DNA of 64,000 nucleotides, from the NCBI GenBank assembly GCA_965235115.1, contig OZ249436.1, positions 23,252,001-23,316,000 on the forward strand. Direction: 5' to 3'. Below are positions 38,301 to 49,199 of the stretch, in pieces. The notes below the pieces were generated by a model, which saw only the letters and a program-made list of their open reading frames with translations, did not search any database and was not told the origin of the DNA. How positions within the stretch are numbered: position 1 is the first letter of the stretch; each line of letters opens with the position of its first letter. The DNA is from Laetmonice hystrix (lineage: Eukaryota). Both the position numbers and the translations under genes were made by a program.

Positions 38301-41114
38301 CCATGCCTCACGTGGTCAATAAGCAAGATATCGAAAAACTTACCGAATTGGCAGGTGTATGACCTATGAGCCTATTCCAACAACATTGAGACGCAGCCGG
38401 GCCGCACCTTTAAAAACAACGACGTGCGATATCAGCCGTACCCGTGCCTGGACCGCAGCCGGACCGCAGCCGCGTTAATGGAAACTCAGCTTGAAGCGGT
38501 GTTTCAAGTTATGGCACATGATCATAACACTTCACACTTCACACACTACACATACCGTATACGTGTAGGCCTACATTATAGTGTCGACTACCGCCCCGCT
38601 CCCGCTCAGGACTACCGGGTCCGCACGTCGTCGACAAGGGCAGAAATTTGTGTCAACCCCCGCATGCCATGTACGTTGTGTTTCGACCAGAGCCGCGAAA
38701 TTATCGGGAGTGTAATGGCTTGAACCTACCTATACCCACGAGCACCATTTGCGACAAATCTGTTCGGAACCATTTCGTTGGCAGTTCGCAAACGTTGTCG
38801 GCGCAGTCCTAATTTCAGAGGTGTTTCACTCGCCGACAAAACAGCTGTCGACGACACAATTCTGATGATACATTTCGTATTTGTTCTGTCGGTAACAATC
38901 CCGACAAGTTCGTGTCTGCATGGCCCCACTATGCGATATGCGCAGTTTGCGACGAATTTCTGTCCGAGCCGAAGTCGGCGGTGACAAAATATGCAAAATA
39001 TCCAGGCGTGTATCCAGCATTTTTCCTGGTGGGTGGGGTGGGGGTGGTGGTGATGGTGGTGGTGGTTGGGGGGGGGGGGCGTTTCATAGCTAAAATAAAA
39101 CCAAATAGGGCCTATACAGCGACAGGTTTTTTGGGGGGATGACATGTCCCAAATTCCAAGATTTGAAATGTGGGTCATGCGAGCGACGAAGGCGCGAAGC
39201 CACGAGCGGGGGGGGGGGGGGGGGGGGGGGTCTGGAAAATGAGAGTGCCAAATACGCAGTTTCCTGGCATCTGGAAACAAAATCCATTTTAAAGTGCAAC
39301 ACAGCTTTTGCTGCACAGCGCGACCAATCTTCACTACTCACTGACATTTTACCATGTGAACAATTATGGGGGGGGGGGGGGGGGGGGTTGAAGCCTAGTA
39401 AAACCCACCCACTTTTTTCATTGGGGAGGTTGCAACCCCCTACCCCCCTCGGTTCCGCCGCCGCCTATGTTACATCATGACCAAGACAGCCAGCAACAAA
39501 CAATCATAATGCATATACAAAGGGAGGACTTTTTCCGCCTCAGATTCAGTTTTTTTCTTCTATTTTTTATTGCGTTTTACAAGATCAGCAGGCCTACTTC
39601 AGGGTTTAGGTTAGTATGTTGTCGCTGGAGGGGACCTCGGGGGATTTTTACCCCCCCCCTGCTACGCGCCTGATTTACGGCTATACAGACAAGTTGACGG
39701 TACATTTTTAGTCACTAGCACTGGCGACAACCAGAGGCGGATCAAGGTGTTTCTCTAAGGGGAGCGGTTCTCTATAAGGGGTGGGGGTGGGGGTGGGGGG
39801 TCGGGGTGGTCAGTGCAGATTGGGCTTTAAGATGGCCTTTGTGGTGGGAAAGCTGACAACCGTGATAGTTAGGCTATGGTTTACGGCTCGAAGGGGGGGG
39901 GGGGGGTCCCCTAGATCCGCCCCTGGCAACAATTTCGTTTACCTGCATGGTCCCACCGACTGATTTAGTTTAGCGACAACAGGTCCAGTCGGCGACAGTT
40001 CGCAAGCGCTAGCGACCATTTTTCGGTGAGAACAAGCCATTAGGCCCATAGTAGGCGCTAAATTCTAGTGGTCACAAAGTGGACACAAAAATATACAACG
40101 GGTCCCAGGCCACGTGGACATCACGCCTGCATGGGCCTGACGAGGAGGACGAGGTTAATCGCTGTAGACATTATATTGGGTAGACTGTGTGGGGAAATTT
40201 AATTTTAAAAGTGAGTATGGCTGATTTAATTTAGGAATGATCATGTGCCATACACATTACATAATGATGGCGGCTCCTATCATATCACTGTACAATTCCA
40301 GCCATTGGGCTCAGGGTTATAGAGTTAACCCTAAGCCTTTCATATATCCCTATATGATTCCAACCTTTAGATCCATCAGGTGGCAATCAGGCCTCAATGC
40401 AGAAAGGATCAGATCAAGCATTCAGTTGGACCTACGACTTCACTGCGATTTTTTCGCAAAATATGAGGCAGAGGTAGTATGCACCAGAGTTGATCGTGCA
40501 CGTTTGGATCTGGTTCAACTGATCTGCTATTGAGCGGCAACACAGTCGTCTAAAATCGTCCAAAATGTCAATTTCAGCAGTGTGGCCCAGGTCTGTATAC
40601 ACCTCTCAATGATCGCTGCAAAACCTCTTTCAATCCTAAAATGTAGTGTGTTTTCCATATTCCTAACTAGCAAAAACTAGTAAATTTTTTTTGGGTTGCC
40701 ATTTTCACCCGGGGCTAACCCATCATTAGTTTGGTTGTTCTCAAACAGCCTCTATCAGTACATTTTTCAAATATTTTCCCTCATGGGTAGGGCCCGGTCG
40801 CGCCTTCCTGAGAGGCTTGAGCTACTCCTGTCACTATACTTGACAATATCTCCCAGACCTATGCGTACGACTGCCCCTTAGATATACATATAGAGATGTG
40901 ACAACTTAGTATACTCATGCCATCTAGAAATATTATCTGCGTAAGATACCACACATATATACCGATAGGCCTAGTCAGATAACCCAGGTTACGTCACGTG
41001 TCAGGAGTCTGCCCACCCGTGTATTCGCCACGTGTCAGACGGATAGAAACATCAGTAATCTCACCCACCCTCTGAGTGGTTGCCGTTAGCTTCCAGATGA
41101 CTCGCCAACTCCAT
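14222..41114 (-). CDS. NR2E3: Photoreceptor-specific nuclear receptor (NR2E3/PNR/HR51-unfulfilled orthologue), 9 coding exons, 504 aa
   Basis: The spliced translation contains [70 protein letters not shown] with the NR2E3-type P-box CNGCSG, T-box AVQNERQPR, hinge [17 protein letters not shown] and an LBD ending [17 protein letters not shown]. Exon lengths 46+132+343+104+201+206+244+106+133=1515, and all intron phases match. Confidence 0.95.
15174..15345. mobile_element. Harbinger-like MITE
   Basis: CTG|GCCCTGGTTTTTAGTT...AACTAAAAACCGGGCC|CTG with a 3-bp CWG TSD. Confidence 0.6.
16141..16246 (-). CDS. NR2E3: NR2E3 exon 8 (LBD)
   Basis: Acceptor cttgttcag, donor AG|gttagt. Encodes [36 protein letters not shown], a frame not shown in the ORF track. 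Confidence 0.95.
17618..17861 (-). CDS. NR2E3: NR2E3 exon 7 (LBD)
   Basis: Acceptor ttcttcaag, donor G|gtatat. Encodes [22 protein letters not shown]...[17 protein letters not shown]. Confidence 0.96.
18082..18287 (-). CDS. NR2E3: NR2E3 exon 6 (hinge and LBD helix 3)
   Basis: Acceptor ttttctcttag, donor CAG|gtgagc. Encodes [10 protein letters not shown]...[32 protein letters not shown]. Confidence 0.96.
18897..19097 (-). CDS. NR2E3: NR2E3 exon 5 (T-box/hinge)
   Basis: Acceptor cttgcag, donor A|gtacgt. Encodes [16 protein letters not shown]...[21 protein letters not shown]. Confidence 0.93.
22062..23182. repeat. 42-bp minisatellite, about 26 copies
   Basis: Unit CCCCAGCCGACACGAACCATCCCACCACAGACTGACACGGCA, head-to-tail, no spacers. 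Confidence 0.97.
23229..23664. mobile_element. MITE with GG...CC termini flanked by TA (Harbinger-like interior)
   Basis: TA|GGTTCCCACTATCACGAT...GCACGACAGTGGGAACC|TA with many ATCGT motifs. Confidence 0.7.
23700..25126 (-). mobile_element. Truncated PIF/Harbinger transposon (one TIR plus MADF gene)
   Basis: Terminus TGTGAAAGGGGCT|TTA at 25114-25129. Contains the MADF-type ORF listed next. Confidence 0.7.
23802..24745 (-). pseudogene. Harbinger ORF2 MADF/Myb-SANT DNA-binding protein pseudogene, two exons (24305-24745; 24082-~23802)
   Basis: MPRKK.. acidic tract, a frameshift, then [37 protein letters not shown], a GT-AG intron (24083-24304), then [46 protein letters not shown]. In-frame stops at 24405 and 23916. 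Confidence 0.8.
25805..26901. repeat. Long inverted repeat (~500-bp arms, ~95-bp spacer) built partly of Helentron/HINE-like sequence
   Basis: 25805-26305 is the near-identical reverse complement of 26400-26901. The spacer has GACAGACGGACGG and GGGCTAAAAA, and the arms resemble 57300-57480. Confidence 0.85.
27530..27990. repeat. Degenerate tandem duplication (~250-bp unit)
   Basis: CCTGGGG..AGTTACCACA..CTGTAGTTA..CCCATCGGTAGTTG..ATGAAACACGACAGCATC occurs twice. Confidence 0.75.
31424..31527 (-). CDS. NR2E3: NR2E3 exon 4 (second zinc finger)
   Basis: Acceptor cccgtcag, donor G|gtgggc. Encodes [34 protein letters not shown]. Confidence 0.97.
31709..32051 (-). CDS. NR2E3: NR2E3 exon 3 (Pro/Ser-rich A/B region and first zinc finger)
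   Basis: Acceptor tttcgcacag, donor AG|gtgcgt. Encodes [36 protein letters not shown]. Confidence 0.97.
33175..33342. mobile_element. hAT-like MITE
   Basis: CAGGGGCGCTGCTG...CAGCGGCGCCCCTG TIRs. Confidence 0.7.
33447..33578 (-). CDS. NR2E3: NR2E3 exon 2 ([44 protein letters not shown])
   Basis: Polypyrimidine acceptor tttattttgtag, donor G|gtaagt, phase 1/1 compatible with exon 3. Confidence 0.8.
34046..34212. repeat. (GGGAGCC)n 7-bp tandem repeat
   Basis: Directly visible. It explains the repetitive ORFs 33937-34401 and 33997-34281. Confidence 0.97.
37626..37754 (-). pseudogene. MADF-domain N-terminal fragment (Harbinger-derived)
   Basis: [42 protein letters not shown] matches the MADF start pattern LIexVrxxPcLYD. 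Flanked by Harbinger-like MITE sequence. Confidence 0.65.
37819..38491. mobile_element. Almost fully palindromic Harbinger-like MITE (~670 bp)
   Basis: The left half is the reverse complement of the right half, centred near 38160. Ends AGCGGTGTTTCCATTAACGCGG / CCGCGTTAATGGAAACTCAGCT. A related fragment is at 37290-37460. Confidence 0.8.
39732..39925. mobile_element. hAT-like MITE
   Basis: CAGAGGCGGATC...GATCCGCCCCTG. Flanks GCGACAAC / GCAACAAT. Confidence 0.7.
41069..41114 (-). CDS. NR2E3: NR2E3 putative coding exon 1 ([15 protein letters not shown])
   Basis: ATG in strong Kozak context (ACGATGG). The phase-1 donor G|GTGGGT matches the phase-1 acceptor of exon 2, and it lies next to a promoter-like region. 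Homology was not tested. Confidence 0.6.
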
Positions 41115-41269
41115 CGTCTCGTTCCGTCTGCCACAGCCAAGTTATTAGATCCAAACAAACAATCACAGCAAATCCACAACTATCACCGTATACTGCCGTG
41201 GACACACTGCCGGATACGCGTCCACGATCACTTCATTGGAAAAGGCTCGAAGTTTCCTCTCCAAGTTAC

Positions 41270-41400
41270 TGAACAGAAATACACCGAGCTCACTCGCACG
41301 TTTTGTGTTTATCATCTCAGGAGAGGGAGGGAGAGGTCATTATCATACGGCACAAAGTCGCCGTCGGCGGAAGTGAAACCACGCCCACTGTATCATTTCT
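41270..41400 (-). promoter_or_regulatory. Putative NR2E3 proximal promoter
   Basis: Non-repetitive CpG-containing stretch just upstream of exon 1, with an ETS-type CGGAAGTG (~41368) and a KLF/SP-type CCACGCCC (~41379). Motif inference only. Confidence 0.35.
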
Positions 41401-43191
41401 TGCTGGGGCAAGAAATGCGGGGGGGGGGGGGGGCACTCGCACGGACACATAATAAACTAGCGGCGGATAGATTCCTACATATAGGCCTACTCTTACTCTT
41501 GCTGCGCACAAGGCATAACTAAACGCTTATTTTGCTTCAGGGAGCTCGGTCGAGTTTCTCTCACTACTACACATTTCTCCGTGACCTTTAGGTCTATCTA
41601 ACCAATAACCATCCACATCAAGAAGTTCTCATGATAATATATATTATGCATTTATATATATATATATATCAATAAGGGTTCCCATAGAATTTGGTTAAAC
41701 TCTATTCTGACATAGATTCTCATGTAAAATACATGTACATGTATCTACGCCCGATTTAGAATTATTTCTCACTATACTACTTACGATTAAACACCAGCAG
41801 ACCCGTCACTGAAACAGCGTCCGAGAACTTACCATTGAGAGTAGATCAGGCGGCAGGTGCATGTCAGACGTTAAAGATGCGGTTAACCCCAGGTCACATG
41901 TTACATGGATTCTGATTGGCCCGCATCATCTGCCAATCGTTGCACGTTCGCGTGTCGTCGATGCAGCCATGATTTAAAGCGCCCACTCGTTAAGACCGGC
42001 TGCTTCATTCGAAGGACGGTTTCAGATGAGAGATCAGCATCAGTAATTTATAAAACGCTATCGCTAGCTTTCTAATTCAAAGGAAGGAATGTATGGGACT
42101 CGTCCCCGTCAGGTAAACACTATGTGATACCAATACCACCTATTTGAATTGGTTACGCGGAAGTTTGTTAGCCTATATGCGCATACACTCTCTTGCCATT
42201 TAAACATTTTTCTTCCTTAAAATTATGAGAAGAAAATTTTACATGGTTTGAAATGAAAAGTGTCCCTTTGCATTTGGTGGATGTGTACAGAGACGTATGT
42301 GTACGAGATTAGGACCTACATTAACATGTAATAATGGACGTATAGGCCAACAGGGTCAACTGCATTGTGTGCCATTTCATAATAACGCCGACAGGGGGTA
42401 GTACAGGTAACTTCCTCGGGGTCCGATCCTACCATGCAGGAACCCAGATTTTCTCCTTCCTCCAGCAGTGAATTGTCTCTGTCCTGTCCGCTAGGAATGG
42501 GATGTCCCGTCCAGGGGGGTCTGACACCCCTTAGATGGGACAGACCGAAATACATCGACAGTTGTAGGTAACTTAGATAAAATCGAGAGACCCAACACTC
42601 CCTTTTCCTGCACTTAATTATGATAGGGATGGGACAATAGGCTGCCTGACAAACCGAGGAATAGCTTGTCCGGTCGCATGGTATTTCCGAGCAGTGTTCC
42701 CCACAAACACTCTGAGAAGGCCGCTTAATGCATGGGCTAACTACACGCGCGCCGCCTGACGGCCTGCGTTTGAACAAGCGCGGGGAGCTTTCCACTGACA
42801 GTTTTGTAGCAGTTCTGCGCGTATATTTACATCTATACATGCGTTATATTGAAGTTGCTTAAATGCCCATGTCCACATAGGCGATTGTCCTTGCGATGTC
42901 CAAGCGTTTTTGATATAATCCTTTTATTTTACTGTGATTTTGAGTTTAAAAGATGGCACCCATTTCCAGGAACAGGGTGAGGTGAAACTACGATCTACGA
43001 TTACCTACGATACGATAGGACAAATAATCGCACGATGTTCGGAACAAATCCTATCGTATACGGAATTTTGTTTGCGCCGTATAGTCATACCAAGGCTGCT
43101 AGAGGGCCTTGATAGTCGAGGCTGTCAAATGGATATTCCCAGTGAAGGTGCGGCGTTGTATCCCGTTTCGTTATTTTCTTCAGGCACCGTA

Positions 43192-44963
43192 CACTGTAAA
43201 AAAATTTTTGTAATATACATTAAATTACTGGCAGCTCATTCGCCAATAACTTAATGTGAAAATTACAGTAAAAATTCTGTAATGTAAACACCAATTACAG
43301 GAAAGCTAAATAACAGTAATTAGTGTAAAAATAGTCTTGTAAAATTTACATTAAATTACTGACAGCTATTTGCCAATAACTTAATGTAAACATTACAGTA
43401 ACAATTAATTGTATACTGCACTAATGAAATTATAATGCGCGAGAAACAAACATCTGGCTTTTTTTAGTTTATATTCGTATGGGCCTAATGATTTCAGACA
43501 GGTCCATTCGAGGAAAATGCACACGTCTGCAACCTAAGAGGACTCCGCATGATAATGTCGACTGCTTTTACAAAGGAGTTAATAACTATGTTCTCTGGCG
43601 TCCAAAGATGGTGTTTACATGACCAATGTCAACAAATCCTACTTAATTAGGCCCGGGTTTGACATAACACTCTATCTCACTATCACAAAGACTGTACTTC
43701 ATATTATTGTTCATTTATGCCCACGGTTTCATTAGACTCCCCCAGGTGGTATCAGGCGTTTTCCCCGCGGCGTTCCCCCCCCCCCGGACCAAGTTCCCCG
43801 CCGGCGTATTCCCCCCGGGCTTGCCCCTACCCCCGGTCGCGAAATTGCCATTTCGTCCAAACAAATGCCGAGTAGGACGCACGTGACAGTTAGCCTATAG
43901 CTGCTCTCAACTGTGTTGGAATATCACTATCCTTACCCCTGACTAACCGTAAATCCCTAAGAGTTAATAACCAATGCTATCCCTAACTCTAACCCTAACT
44001 CTAACCCTTTTTGAACAATTTAACTCCAAGCGTCATGGCAAACCTGTTTGGGAAAAAAGATTTCGCCCGAGGTCTATTCCCCGCCGTAATGTCCCTGCCA
44101 GGGGGCTGGGGGATGTTCTGATATACCTTAGTTTTTTCTTCAAGGTTTCTTCATGTACCCAACAGCAATTGCATTCCAAGAATCGGCCGTTGTCTGGTTG
44201 CCCCAAAAAGAAGAAAGATGAAAAAAACCTAATTGGCCTAATAAGAAATTCAGATAGTGTGCCTTGTATTTATGCAAGACCAGTATATATATTTAATGAA
44301 TTTATAATACAACCATTGATCAAGTTTAAGTATATAGGCGGACCTATATGTATGTGTACCGTGCCTCGTGCCATTTATTTCCATTGCCGAGGGGAAGCTC
44401 GGGGGGGGGGATACGCCGGCGGGGGACTTGGTCTGGTGGGAAAGCGCCGGCGGGGAAAACGCCGCGGGGAAAACGCCATGGGGAAAACTCCGGCGGGGAA
44501 AACGCCTAGACCCCTCACAGGTATAATGACACTTCGGGGTATAAATAAAGAAAGGGACAGGTGAGAGTCATCACGTGACCACTGTGCTGGTTATCCAGTA
44601 ACCATCTGTTTTTAGGGTGGAATGTAAAAATTACAGTAAAAGTATAGCAAACGGGGTAAACGTCAAATTACTGTAAAACGTCAAATTACTCAAATATTTT
44701 TGCATTGAAGATGCTGTATCATTTACAATTGCTCTGTTGTACAAAAATGCTTATTGCAGAATTTACACTATAAGGAACGGTAATTGCAGTAAACATCAAA
44801 TTACTGTATAATTTACAGTAAAGGTGCTGCGTTATACAGTTATCTATTTCGCAGCATCCCTAATGTAAAAATTACAGTAAAAGTCTAGTAAACGAGGTAA
44901 ACGTCAAATTACTGTAAAATTTACAGTATATTTCTTTAGAAATTACAACAATTTTTTACAGTG
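43192..44963. mobile_element. EnSpm/CACTA-like non-autonomous element
   Basis: TA|CACTGTAAAAAA...TTTTTTACAGTG|TA with repeated TTACAGTAA subterminal motifs. Confidence 0.8.
43748..44513. mobile_element. MuDR-like MITE nested in the EnSpm-like element
   Basis: TIRs with AGGCGTTTTCCCC repeats, a 9-bp TSD-like pair CCCCCAGGT / CTCACAGGT, and internal CCCTAA-type repeats. Confidence 0.65.
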
Positions 44964-45956
44964 TATCAGACAACATTTTACTTTATGTTCGGGACTTATG
45001 TTTTCTTTGCCTCGACGCATATTTTTTTGGACCCCCCCCCCCTTCACCCAAGTTATAACAGGGGGTGAACTGTAGTAGGACACATAACATCAGTTGTTTT
45101 AAAAGGAGCCTTCAATGTATCGGCTTGATACTTTTCCCACAATATAATTACACAATGGGTGAGGTCAAATATGAGAGTTAACTATACGCCTGGATTATCC
45201 AGGTGTTATCTAAGGAAAAAGCGTTAACCTAGACCTTTAACACTAGGCTCCAGTTAACATTTTGACAAAACCTTGTTAATACTTTGAAAAAACTCATGTA
45301 ACACTTTCCTGACACATCAGCCACACCTGGTCGCCACTCCTACCAGTGGAATAAGGAATAAGCTTGACTCTGAGTTTTGACCTGTCTCAGGTGTTAACCC
45401 ACAGGCGGTTAACACTTTATGTATAGGTTTTCTATGGTATTCCAACGACACCTGGGACCTTACTTAGATTAAGGGGACACCTGAGTTATCTAGGTGTTTC
45501 CAAGGTGTGTTTTAGGTGTTAACACGTTGTTGAGACAGTGTTAACTCAGTGTTAAGTAAACACCCAGGACGAGGTCAAATTTCCGATTTATAGAACACTT
45601 TCTTAATACCTAGCGTTAACACCCATTTAACTTTTAGATTTGACCTTTGTATGTTAACATAACCTTAAAGGGAAGTGATTATAGATTTTACAAATTTGGA
45701 ATGACGCGCGTCTTTTCCTAGACCTGCAGCCCACCTACGCGATAGAGTTTTAGCCGGGCAACTTTACACCCTTTTCACAGAACGCGAGACTATAGCCGCA
45801 GTCACGTGATCATCTCCCCGTTGCAACGCTATGTCTGTAGGCCAGATATTCCTGATGGCGGAAAGCAGCGTTGTTTTTGAGTGTTCCCGACAAGAAATGT
45901 AGAATGTGAAGGTGGCAGTGCATTTCGATGCTGTCTGTTTACAATACATACTTATA

Positions 45957-46670
45957 TCGGGTGGATAAAAAAAAACGCCCCGAACTTTAAACTCCAATAT
46001 TTAAAAAAGTATTGATTGTAATTCAATGAAATTTTTCTTATTATCACTTTATGCGGTTGTCTCTTAGTTGTTAATGTTACAACTCAATAGCTTGGATAAT
46101 CTTTCCGTAGCGCTAAAAACAAAAATCATTGTACAAAAGCGCAATGCCGGGCTAAAGCGAGTGGTAGTCGCACCAGAGTCCCTGGCCTCACACTAGAGTA
46201 GGTGGTCAACCGGTCCCCCGTTTTCACTTCATACTGCTCTCAGTCTCTTTTTACATGCGCCAATGCACTTCCTGATCTATGATAGGGAATTATCTTCCCA
46301 TTATTGGGAAATAAGCAGCGTTCTGAACGTGTTGCTAAACATGATAATGATACGATTTCCCTTAAACTTCTGGTTACAGTCATATCGTCCTAATGTTGCA
46401 GTTTCTCTGTAGGGTTTGGCAAATTAAACATCTGGGGTTCTCTAGAAGTACTAGGAATAGACCATAATTTATTATATCTAGTGGTTCACAACATTTTACA
46501 TATTGTAAAACATGCAAAAACTAAATATTGAAAACTTTTTTACCCTAAAAACTTTAACATACAAGAGATAATATCATGAAGTTATATTAAGAGAAATTTT
46601 AGTGAATTATAATGCAAAGTTATTGAAATATTAAAGTTTAAAGTTCGGGGCGTTTTTTTTATCCACCCGA
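45957..46670. mobile_element. Tc1/mariner-type MITE (copy 1)
   Basis: TA|TCGGGTGGATAAAAAAAAACGCCCCGAACTTTAAA...TTTAAAGTTCGGGGCGTTTTTTTTATCCACCCGA|TA. Confidence 0.85.
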
Positions 46671-47397
46671 TATTAAACCTAGGAAGTATCCTCGGGACAG
46701 AAGGTTCATAGATTTTGACGAGGTAAGCATGACACCAGGCCGAACTGGCTTCCCGGAACGCTCAACCAGGTTGACGATTCCTTTAAAACTCGATACTTGT
46801 GTAGTTTTTGCAATAGTACAACATATAATCCTACTAAAAAAGTGTCTCTGGCTCGTATCAGTGCATTTGCTTTGAGACCTGTTTCAGCGTCCTTATTTGG
46901 CCTGTGTTAAAGCGAAATGCAAGGATCCAGCTACCTTATACTTTCCCATATGCCTTATACAATAAAGAATAACATCAGCAATAAATGCAGGTCAATAGGT
47001 TTCACATAAACGAGAATGCCAACCTTAAACTATGAGTACCCTACCTCTAGCCGAGAATGAATCTAGGCGCCATTTTACATCACAATATCACATGGGAGAT
47101 TGATTCAGCCAATCAAAAATAATCAGGTCACCCGAAAGTGTGACGTCACCAGGGGCCCGTTTCATAACTAATAACGCGGCCGCGTTATTAACGCAGATGC
47201 GCAAATAGCCTCATTTGAGGTTAATGTGTTGCATAACTAATAACGCAACGCACTATGCGTTCATAGCGCGCGTTGTCTGGCTCTAAAATCGTTTAATTAA
47301 CGCGCACCTACAAGGGTCTGCGCTAACTTCCCATTTCGAAATATAAAGCTGGCAATTCCACGAAAATACGTAACGTGGATACTTAAATTGAAAAGGA

Positions 47398-48198
47398 GGG
47401 GAGACCGGGGACAATTGTAACATTTTTCACATTATTGGTGTTTACTGAAAGCCCAACTGAAGTAGAGGGCCTCCAATAATATCGACATATACCTCAATGT
47501 TTCCTATATTATGCAGACCAAAATAGTTAGAACGGGAGAACGGTACAATTTTCCAATGGGTGTCGAGTGTTATAATCGTCCCCTATACCCGGGTCAATAG
47601 TAACACACCCCATGGTCAAGTGTACCGGGACGAAAAAGGGGTAAAATGTCCATTTAGAAAATATTTGTTATTCTCAATATGATTCGTATACAAATACAAA
47701 CGACTGCTGTTATTTCCGAAAAAAATGACTATTACAATTACATGTACATGAAACCTGAATGCTATATGTACATAGATGGTTGGAATGGTTAGGAATTATC
47801 AGGTGCCTGGGTCGTAATGTTACTCAATTGTATCGTTTACAATCGTCTCCAGATGCACCAGTCTGACATGTTCATGCCCCCCACACATGATTTGGCATAC
47901 GCCAAAAGTACGTTGAATGGTAGCAACTTAAAGCGGAGCGTGGACTCAATCCACTGGTAAAATGGGTCGTACATCTCAAAATGTTAGGACATTAGAAGAA
48001 AAAATCAAATATGCAGAAAAATTACTCAGGTGGTCGAAACAAGGGGTTTTCCTGAGTGATAAAACTGTTGTACGTCGTGCGATTCATTTGCTGCTTTCCC
48101 ACAGGTAGCGTGCCTGTAGGTAAGGCTATCACGTTTTTTGCCGCGCTTGAATCGAATTATTTTTGGAAATATTTGCTGTGTTACTCCCCGACCTCCCC
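47398..48198. mobile_element. pogo/Tigger-like MITE
   Basis: GGGGAGACCGGGGACAATTGTAACA ... CTCCCCGACCTCCCC|TA. The left TA is not preserved. Confidence 0.55.
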
Positions 48199-48307
48199 TA
48201 TAAAAAGCACAATGATCCGTGAACACCGTCACGGATGGCAATATGGCTGCGCAACAGGAACAACGTATCGGCCGCCGAAAAGTCTACCGGGTGTGCGTAA
48301 ATCACAA

Positions 48308-48380
48308 GCCTCTATAGCTCAGTGGCTAGAGCACTGGTCTCGTAAACCAGGGGTCGTGAGTTCAATCCTCACTGGAGGCT
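48308..48380 (+). tRNA. tRNA-Thr (anticodon CGT)
   Basis: GCCTCTA/TGGAGGC acceptor stem, A-box TAGCTCAGTGG, anticodon arm CTGGT-CTCGTAA-ACCAG, T arm GTGAG-TTCAATC-CTCAC. 73 nt, no intron. Confidence 0.95.
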
Positions 48381-48386
48381 CAAAGG

Positions 48387-48394
48387 TTTTTTTT
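48387..48394 (+). terminator. RNA polymerase III poly-T terminator of the tRNA gene
   Basis: T-run starting 7 nt after the tRNA 3' end. Confidence 0.8.
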
Positions 48395-48739
48395 GTCCTT
48401 TCTAACTCTCTTGAAAAACAGGCTGTTTCTCGTTGGCCTCATACTCAATTGAGGAAAGGGGAATTATTATGCTGTACCTCATTTTTGGCCTGCTCCTGTT
48501 GCATGTTTTCTTCACTCTACTGTCCAGGAAGGTTCATGAACTTTATCAGAGAACGTACTAAGTCACGATATGTGGGCTTACATATCGTGAACGCGTAAAT
48601 ATCTATCACAATTATCTCACTAAGGGCTGTTCAGCGAAACATATTCCAACAAGAGCGTAAGTGGTGTGGTAAAAAAAATGTGTTAATTATTTCTTAATTT
48701 CTTACTAAATACATATTAGTTATTTATTGATGGATCACG

Positions 48740-48950
48740 CGGCTCTATACAGAGTTCCCCTGTCTGGGTGTTCTCACTCTCACACCCCAGGAATGGGTTG
48801 TTTTCTCCTTCATTTCAGTTTTGCCTAGCCCTTAGGTATTACGCAAGCGGTGGACTTTTTTCCCTCGTAGTGGATTCGCAGCACGTCTCCAAGGCCGCAT
48901 GTGTCGGGCAGTTCTACAGGTGTCTGACTGCCTTTTGTGCCCTACAATGA
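48740..48950 (+). pseudogene. Harbinger (HARBI1-like) transposase HTH-region fragment
   Basis: HPRNGLFSPSFQFCLALRYYASGGLFSLVVDSQHVSKAA, then after a frameshift CRAVLQVSDCLL. Matches the Harbinger pattern QxxxALRfYAtG...VSKatvcRaV. Confidence 0.75.
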
Positions 48951-49199
48951 ACTTTCACCAGCCTTAATCATCACGCCCTCTGTTGGCATACGCCAGAAGT
49001 GTGGGGTGTCACTGGATATGTTCTCCCTTGTAATGTTTTGAGCCAACGCGGTAATAACGATCGCTATTAGCGCAACGCATGCTTCTGGCGTCTACGCAAA
49101 TGCTTATGAAACACTTTAACGCAACGATCGCTACCTTCATCGGTCGCTGATAACGCACGTGTGCGTTCGCTGTTAGTTATGAAACGGGTCCCTGTTGCG

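Larger units (their letters stand above)
47153..49191 (+). mobile_element. Internally deleted PIF/Harbinger transposon enclosing a pogo-like MITE and the tRNA-Thr gene
   Basis: CAG|GGGCCCGTTTCATAACTAA...TTAGTTATGAAACGGGTCC|CTG, with a transposase remnant inside. Confidence 0.7.

Noticed and set aside
42316..42840. 174-aa ORF or possible solo LTR / DIRS-like terminus
   Set aside because: No recognisable domain, and no TG..CA pair with a TSD could be defined. Left unexplained.
45665..46786. Kolobok-like element enclosing the mariner MITE
   Set aside because: TTAA-AGG ends are present but the TIR match beyond them is too weak.
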